52,566 bases of DNA from positions 1 through 52,566 of IMG/VR virus record IMGVR_UViG_3300044627_003899, one strand, 5' to 3'. Positions 47,821-52,566 of the stretch are shown piece after piece. The position numbers and the translations under genes are program-made. Under the pieces are notes generated by a model, which ran no database searches, was not told the DNA's origin, and saw only the letters and a list, made by a program, of their open reading frames with translations. Every line of letters starts with the position of its first letter. The first letter of the stretch is position 1. Source of the DNA: a virus (lineage: Duplodnaviria; Caudoviricetes).

Positions 47821-47862
47821 TTTGAATGATTATATTTTTGTTATAAATGATTTACACATAAT

Positions 47863-48510
47863 ATGAAAATCGTCGCCTTATCAGATACTCATGGCTTGCA
47901 CCTCAATGTTAAAAACATCCCAGATGGCGACGTTTTAATTCACTGCGGCGATTTTTGCTCTTGGGGCAACTTAAAAGATACGCAAAAATTCTTGCATTGG
48001 TTTAACGCAATGCCCCACAAGCATAAAATTTTCATTGCGGGCAATCATGATGTTCTATTTGAAAAAAATAATGGCATCGCTAAGGCATTGGTCAAAGAAT
48101 GCCCAGAGCTAATTTACTTGGAAGATAGTGGCGTTTCTATTGATGGCGTGAACTTTTGGGGTTCTCCGGTAACGCCGACCTTTTTCAATTGGGCGTTCAA
48201 CCGCAATCGCGGCTCTGCTATCCGTAAACATTGGGAAGCTATTCCCGATGATACTGATGTTCTGATTAGTCATGGCCCACCGCATAAGATTTGTGATACA
48301 GTTCTGAGAGATCGCGGCTTTCCTGACGAAGTTGGCTGCGAAGAACTTGCCAAGAGAGTTCAGCAACTGAAGCTGAAACTTCATTTGTTTGGTCACATCC
48401 ACTTTTCTGGCGGATCTGAAAAGACCTTTGGCAGCACAATCTTTTCCAATGTTTGTCTCTGCAATGAAGATTATCGAATTGTGAACGAGCCCAAGGTTTT
48501 TATCATATAA
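47863..48510 (+). CDS. Calcineurin-like metallophosphoesterase
   Basis: SDTHG, HCGDF, AGNHD, SHGPP, FGHIH. Confidence 0.92.
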   Translation: MKIVALSDTHGLHLNVKNIPDGDVLIHCGDFCSWGNLKDTQKFLHWFNAMPHKHKIFIAGNHDVLFEKNNGIAKALVKECPELIYLEDSGVSIDGVNFWGSPVTPTFFNWAFNRNRGSAIRKHWEAIPDDTDVLISHGPPHKICDTVLRDRGFPDEVGCEELAKRVQQLKLKLHLFGHIHFSGGSEKTFGSTIFSNVCLCNEDYRIVNEPKVFII

Positions 48511-48513
48511 AAA

Positions 48514-48705
48514 ATGAAAGACACCTTTTTAAGCCTAATCACAATGCCAGTCAGACTCGCGGTAGCATTGGCAGTTGTTACGTTTTTTGCAATACCCTGC
48601 GCCATATATTTAATTCTTTACCCTAACTGGTCTTTCTTTATGGAATCGGTGCCAAACATTTATCAGTTTGTAAGGTACGGACATTTTGACGAATATTCAG
48701 ATTAA
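48514..48705 (+). CDS. Small membrane protein
   Basis: Long hydrophobic segment. Confidence 0.6.
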   Translation: MKDTFLSLITMPVRLAVALAVVTFFAIPCAIYLILYPNWSFFMESVPNIYQFVRYGHFDEYSD

Positions 48706-48708
48706 CAC

Positions 48709-48736
48709 TTGACATTTCTCCCAACACTTATACTTT
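48709..48736 (+). promoter_or_regulatory. sigma70-type promoter, leaderless geometry
   Basis: TTGACA-N16-TACTTT-N7-ATG 48744. Confidence 0.55.
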
Positions 48737-48743
48737 TTCTCCT

Positions 48744-49070
48744 ATGAAAGACGTTATTCAAAGAATCGCCGTAAGTTTTATTGCTGGCACGGCCTTGGGC
48801 ATTACAATAATTGCGATTACAAAGCTGCCAGCACAAGAACAAGATGCGCCACAGCACGAAGAGCGTGAGTTCCAGAATCTCATGCGCCCGCACGACGCAG
48901 AAAGCATCTTGTCTATCATCGATACCGAAGGCTTCGATGCTGCGTTCAGACACTATTCTAATTACCGCGACATCAGCGATCCTCAGTTCCATCAACTGAA
49001 GGCGAATTACATTGATGCTGCCCGCGAACTTCTCGACTACGTACAACAAGCCAACCAAAAGACCGATTAA
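48744..49070 (+). CDS. Membrane-anchored hypothetical protein
   Basis: N-terminal TM; EGFDAAFRHYSNY..DPQFHQL. Confidence 0.7.
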   Translation: MKDVIQRIAVSFIAGTALGITIIAITKLPAQEQDAPQHEEREFQNLMRPHDAESILSIIDTEGFDAAFRHYSNYRDISDPQFHQLKANYIDAARELLDYVQQANQKTD

Positions 49071-49082
49071 AACTATTAAATT

Positions 49083-49298
49083 ATGAGCGAAAACACATCC
49101 AAACTCGTTATCAAGAAGAAGTATCAGAAGCGAATCAAGAATTTTAAGGATATGATTCTGAAGAGCCAGCTTAGGCAAGACAAGCGTTTTGATCGCATCG
49201 CTGCTTCAATGGGGCTTTCCGAAGAAGAAAGCCAGATTCTTTGGGATCATGTCTACAACGACACAGAATGGACAGTAGAAATGGAAGGAGCCGAGTAA
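49083..49298 (+). CDS. Hypothetical protein
   Basis: 71 aa ORF. Confidence 0.6.
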   Translation: MSENTSKLVIKKKYQKRIKNFKDMILKSQLRQDKRFDRIAASMGLSEEESQILWDHVYNDTEWTVEMEGAE

Positions 49299-49299
49299 T

Positions 49300-49722
49300 A
49301 TGCTTTACGAATACAAAGCTGATTTAATTAAGGTTATTGACGGCGACACAATCGAAGTTGATTTTGATTTGGGCTTTGGCGTTTGGCTCAAAAAGCAAAG
49401 AATCCGCTTGGCTGGTATTGACACCCCAGAAATTAGAACCTCTGATAAGGAGATGAAAGCTATGGGCAAAGCAGCACTGGCAGGCTTGATTGACGTTCTT
49501 GATGACTATTCTGGTTCACTTATCATTCGCACAGAGCTTGATCCCGACGACAAGTTTGGGCGAATCTTGGGTCATGTCCAAACAGGGGGCGGAATTGATG
49601 TGAATAAGTGGATGATTGAACGCAACTATGCTGTTGCTTACGATGGCAAGAGCAAGGTTAACCTTGAACAACTGCACAGGGCAAACGCCACTAAGCTCAG
49701 AGAAAGGGGCGAGATACTTTAA
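49300..49722 (+). CDS. Thermonuclease (SNase-like)
   Basis: VIDGDTI, IRLAGIDTPE, DKFGRILG, YAVAY. Confidence 0.9.
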   Translation: MLYEYKADLIKVIDGDTIEVDFDLGFGVWLKKQRIRLAGIDTPEIRTSDKEMKAMGKAALAGLIDVLDDYSGSLIIRTELDPDDKFGRILGHVQTGGGIDVNKWMIERNYAVAYDGKSKVNLEQLHRANATKLRERGEIL

Positions 49723-49726
49723 TTTT

Positions 49727-49948
49727 ATGAAAATTAAAATCGAAGTTGACGAAGACATGATGGACGGCATCATCGTTTCCAGCATCACTAATTCCATTGA
49801 TTGTATTGAAACCGAGATCAAACGGCTCAAAAGTAAGAAAGGTCTCAAGGCATACGAAAAGGAAGACTTGAAGTACCACGTTTTGAATCTTGACTCTCTT
49901 AAAAGGACTAGATACTATTTCGGTGGGCAAAAGTATTATTACGAATAA
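49727..49948 (+). CDS. Hypothetical protein
   Basis: ATG 49727. Confidence 0.6.
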   Translation: MKIKIEVDEDMMDGIIVSSITNSIDCIETEIKRLKSKKGLKAYEKEDLKYHVLNLDSLKRTRYYFGGQKYYYE

Positions 49949-49953
49949 AAAAT

Positions 49954-50226
49954 ATGGCGACCAAATTCGACGAAAAGCTAATCAAAGAAATCGTTGGTTC
50001 GCCACATAATTATTGGCTTACCGTCAAAGCGTCAAAAGATATCAAGGTTGAGATTGACATTTGTAGAGTTGTAGATTGGAATTGGGACTTGCCCAAGGCC
50101 CGCCCAACACTAAAGCAAGCAATGCAAGATATCGTTGCTCACGCTTACTGGATGGGGCGACAAGAAGAAAGAAAGCTTTATTCCAATACTTTAAAGAGAA
50201 TGATTGATGGCAAACTTGACACTTGA
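49954..50226 (+). CDS. Hypothetical protein
   Basis: 90 aa ORF. Confidence 0.6.
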   Translation: MATKFDEKLIKEIVGSPHNYWLTVKASKDIKVEIDICRVVDWNWDLPKARPTLKQAMQDIVAHAYWMGRQEERKLYSNTLKRMIDGKLDT

Positions 50227-50259
50227 CGTTCTATAAAAACAGTCATAGCGTCATATACT

Positions 50260-50496
50260 ATGAAAATCAAAGTCATTTCCAACTACGATGGCTGTGTTGA
50301 AGTAAAAGATATGGATGTAAGCAAAGCCGTATTCAAAGATAATAAGCGTTTGTGGAAAGCTTGGCTGGAAACTAGCGGTGATCTACCCAGATACAGCAGA
50401 GAACTGAAGTATTGGCATAATACGCGATCCAAAGGCGTATTCGTCGTCAGTTATGATGATGACAGTTTTTCGTTTGTCCCCACAGAAGTATCTTAA
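50260..50496 (+). CDS. Hypothetical protein
   Basis: 78 aa; TTGACG-N17-TAGCGT upstream. Confidence 0.6.
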   Translation: MKIKVISNYDGCVEVKDMDVSKAVFKDNKRLWKAWLETSGDLPRYSRELKYWHNTRSKGVFVVSYDDDSFSFVPTEVS

Positions 50497-50531
50497 ATTT
50501 TTATAAAAAGCAGTCATAGTATAAGCATAAT

Positions 50532-50720
50532 ATGAAAACTCCTCAAAAAGATATTGATTGGGCATTGAGCGTTGAGAAGAACCTCAAGCCAGAACATCGT
50601 GAAAGATATTTGGAATATCTGAATAACAAGCCTATGAGCACACGCAAGACAGACCAAGAAGTCCGAGATGGATGTATCTTGACTGGATTGTTTGTTCGTT
50701 GGCGTGATGAAGTATTTTGA
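50532..50720 (+). CDS. Hypothetical protein
   Basis: 62 aa ORF. Confidence 0.6.
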   Translation: MKTPQKDIDWALSVEKNLKPEHRERYLEYLNNKPMSTRKTDQEVRDGCILTGLFVRWRDEVF

Positions 50721-50722
50721 TT

Positions 50723-50848
50723 ATGAAAGCAACATTGGAGTTTAATCTTCCCGAAGAAAGAGATGAGCATCTTCGTGCTGTTCAAGCAAATTATGCTTGG
50801 GCTGCATTACACGATATTGATTATATGGAAAGTGAAAGAAAATTTTGA
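50723..50848 (+). CDS. Short MKATLEFNLPE-type phage ORF (41 aa, possibly truncated), not in the ORF track
   Basis: Translated by hand: MKATLEFNLPEERDEHLRAVQANYAWAALHDIDYMESERKF. Confidence 0.55.
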   Translation: MKATLEFNLPEERDEHLRAVQANYAWAALHDIDYMESERKF

Positions 50849-50875
50849 TTTAAATTTTGACTTATATTAACGACA

Positions 50876-51373
50876 ATGAAAAAGAAAACAGACGCAGAAA
50901 CTATCGAGTATTACAAGAACGAAGTTAAGCGGCTTCATCATCAGATTAATTTTAAGTTTCAATCTGATCCAGTGGCTTGCAGAGCTTCTATCAAAGAAGA
51001 TCAACGGCTTTATCGTAAGGTAGGTAAGAAGTTCATTCCTGACAATGACCCTTATGCTTATGATGGGCTTCGTAATGGCTTTTGGCTGATTCACATTAAG
51101 GATGGTTCCACTTCTATTCGCCAAGCGATTTATCCAGATAAGGCGCACATCTCTGCTGCTGCTCGCGTAATGGAAGATAAGCTGGTTGAAATTATTCGTA
51201 AGGCTGGAGAGGCTCGGCCCACAAAGACTCCTCTTACTCAGGAGCAAAAGAAGGACTGGGATAAGTTTATCAAGAAGCACGGCGAAGCTTTCAATATGCT
51301 TACTTATCCTTCTATTCAAGAGAATGCTGAAAAGATCGTTGCAGCTTTGCTGCAAACCCGTAATAATCTGTAA
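50876..51373 (+). CDS. Hypothetical protein
   Basis: 165 aa; LYRKVGKKF. Confidence 0.7.
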   Translation: MKKKTDAETIEYYKNEVKRLHHQINFKFQSDPVACRASIKEDQRLYRKVGKKFIPDNDPYAYDGLRNGFWLIHIKDGSTSIRQAIYPDKAHISAAARVMEDKLVEIIRKAGEARPTKTPLTQEQKKDWDKFIKKHGEAFNMLTYPSIQENAEKIVAALLQTRNNL

Positions 51374-51382
51374 TATAAAATC

Positions 51383-51760
51383 ATGAGTGATACACCAAGA
51401 ACAGACGCTAAAGCACAATTTTTCGGATTCAATCCAGACGAGGGCGAAGAGTTCGTGCAGGCTGATTTTGCCCGCGAGTTGGAGCGCGAGAACGCCGCGC
51501 TGCGGGAGGAACTGAAATCATCACGAAAGCTAGTCGATGCGCTGATTATCAAAGCCGATGCGTTCGACTATCTGGCGTGGCTGGAAAAGAAACGCGGCGA
51601 GGAGGAGGGATTGCAGGGCGCGGATTTCCTGTGCCTAGCAAGCGACGGAACAACGTGCTGGGGCAAAACGTATCTGGAGGCCGTGCGGATTGCCGAACAG
51701 CAAGACCGCATTGCATTTGATAGCGCCGCCATCGACGCCGCACGAAAGGAGCAGCCGTGA
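51383..51760 (+). CDS. Hypothetical protein (MSDTPRTDA type), GC-richer than surroundings
   Basis: ADFARELERENAALRE..AAIDAARK. Confidence 0.7.
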   Translation: MSDTPRTDAKAQFFGFNPDEGEEFVQADFARELERENAALREELKSSRKLVDALIIKADAFDYLAWLEKKRGEEEGLQGADFLCLASDGTTCWGKTYLEAVRIAEQQDRIAFDSAAIDAARKEQP

Positions 51761-52089
51761 GATATAGTACTAATACTAACGCAATTAGTTTATTAGAACC
51801 GAACTCCAAGCAGGAAATAAAATTCTGCATTGGTGATGAAGTAATGCTGCGACTGACTAAGGATGGCTTTCACTACCAAAATCGTATCATAAATGATGAG
51901 GGCGAAGCTTATTGCCTTTTCATCAAATGGATGCAGGACACTCAAAAATTCCAATGGCCTACTCTGGAAGACCGAATTAAAAACAAATTAAATTCTACGG
52001 AAGAGGCTATCCGCCAATTAAAAAACACTGTGGAGATTTCTTCCCTTGCCCAAGAGATTTTGGATCGCGCAGAAGACAAAAAAGATTAA
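51757..52089 (+). CDS. Hypothetical protein
   Basis: GTGA-coupled ORF. Confidence 0.6.
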   Translation: MRYSTNTNAISLLEPNSKQEIKFCIGDEVMLRLTKDGFHYQNRIINDEGEAYCLFIKWMQDTQKFQWPTLEDRIKNKLNSTEEAIRQLKNTVEISSLAQEILDRAEDKKD

Positions 52090-52109
52090 AATCAATTTTA
52101 GATATAAAT

Positions 52110-52196
52110 GGCCGTATGGTGGAACTGGCTATACACTACAGACTTAAAATCTGTCGCCCATTGGGATTGAGGGTTCAAATCCCTCTGCGGCTACCA
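52110..52196 (+). tRNA. tRNA-Leu(UAA)
   Basis: GGCCGTA/TGCGGCT, ACAGA-CTTAAAA-TCTGT, long variable arm, GTTCAAATC, CCA. Confidence 0.93.
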
Positions 52197-52200
52197 ATTT

Positions 52201-52416
52201 ATGAATCATTCAATTAGAAATCAACCTATCTTCAGACCAGAGACTAACAGGGAAGTCCATATGGAAGATGTGACGCGAATGAAGCTCGCTCTTATGAAAG
52301 AGATGGCTTGTTCAAATATCAGTATGGACATCGAAAACGAAAACAAATTTTACAATAGCTTATCTTTTTTTCTGGAAGAGTCTTTCAATTGGCCCGATTA
52401 TAAAAGATTCAATTAA
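52201..52416 (+). CDS. Hypothetical protein
   Basis: 71 aa ORF. Confidence 0.55.
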   Translation: MNHSIRNQPIFRPETNREVHMEDVTRMKLALMKEMACSNISMDIENENKFYNSLSFFLEESFNWPDYKRFN

Positions 52417-52418
52417 TT

Positions 52419-52566
52419 ATGGGATGCGATAAATATTACCTCAATGATAATCTCATGATGTTCTCTGAGCTAAATGATGATGTTGGCTGTCTTTGCACTT
52501 TTGCAAATGACAGCAGTTATACCTTAGCTCCAGAAACAGTTCGTTCGCTTGCTTATCTCGGCGCAA
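52419..52566 (+). CDS. Hypothetical protein, truncated by window edge
   Basis: MGCDKYYLND.. open to end of window. Confidence 0.5.
   Translation, partial: MGCDKYYLNDNLMMFSELNDDVGCLCTFANDSSYTLAPETVRSLAYLGA

Noticed and set aside
1-52566. Stop-codon reassignment
   Set aside because: Genes are full length in code 11, the split junctions change frame, and no suppressor tRNA is present

Overview
This is a 52.6 kb segment of a large lytic tailed dsDNA phage using genetic code 11, with no integrase, CRISPR array or reverse transcriptase seen. (1) Replication and metabolism block, + strand, 1-20278: DnaB helicase, primase, SAM methyltransferase, Cas4/RecB-like exonuclease, a Pol III alpha expressed as three coupled genes (PHP, DEDDh exonuclease, DnaE core), ClpC-type ATPase, kinase-like protein, glycosyltransferases, putative SSB and annealase, class Ia nrdAB. 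(2) Lambda-like tail-tip block, - strand, 20279-31910: L, K(JAB), I and a J gene broken into two parts around an extra ORF, all carrying added lectin-like domains. (3) Accessory region, 31940-end: deaminase coupled to a T4 beta-glucosyltransferase-like gene, GT9, signal peptidase, UvsE, rIIA/rIIB, DUF1599, a secreted Ig protein, five tRNAs (Arg-UCU, CAU, Lys-UUU, Ile-UAU, Leu-UAA), two antisense tRNA-abutting HNH genes, a metallophosphoesterase, a thermonuclease and many small ORFs. Non-coding signals read by eye: sigma70-type promoters (several in leaderless geometry), a recurrent GTGTAA motif upstream of all five minus-strand transcription units and two + strand genes, and two hairpins sharing CTAAAAC at the loop. 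All family calls come from motif recognition by eye; no database search was run.
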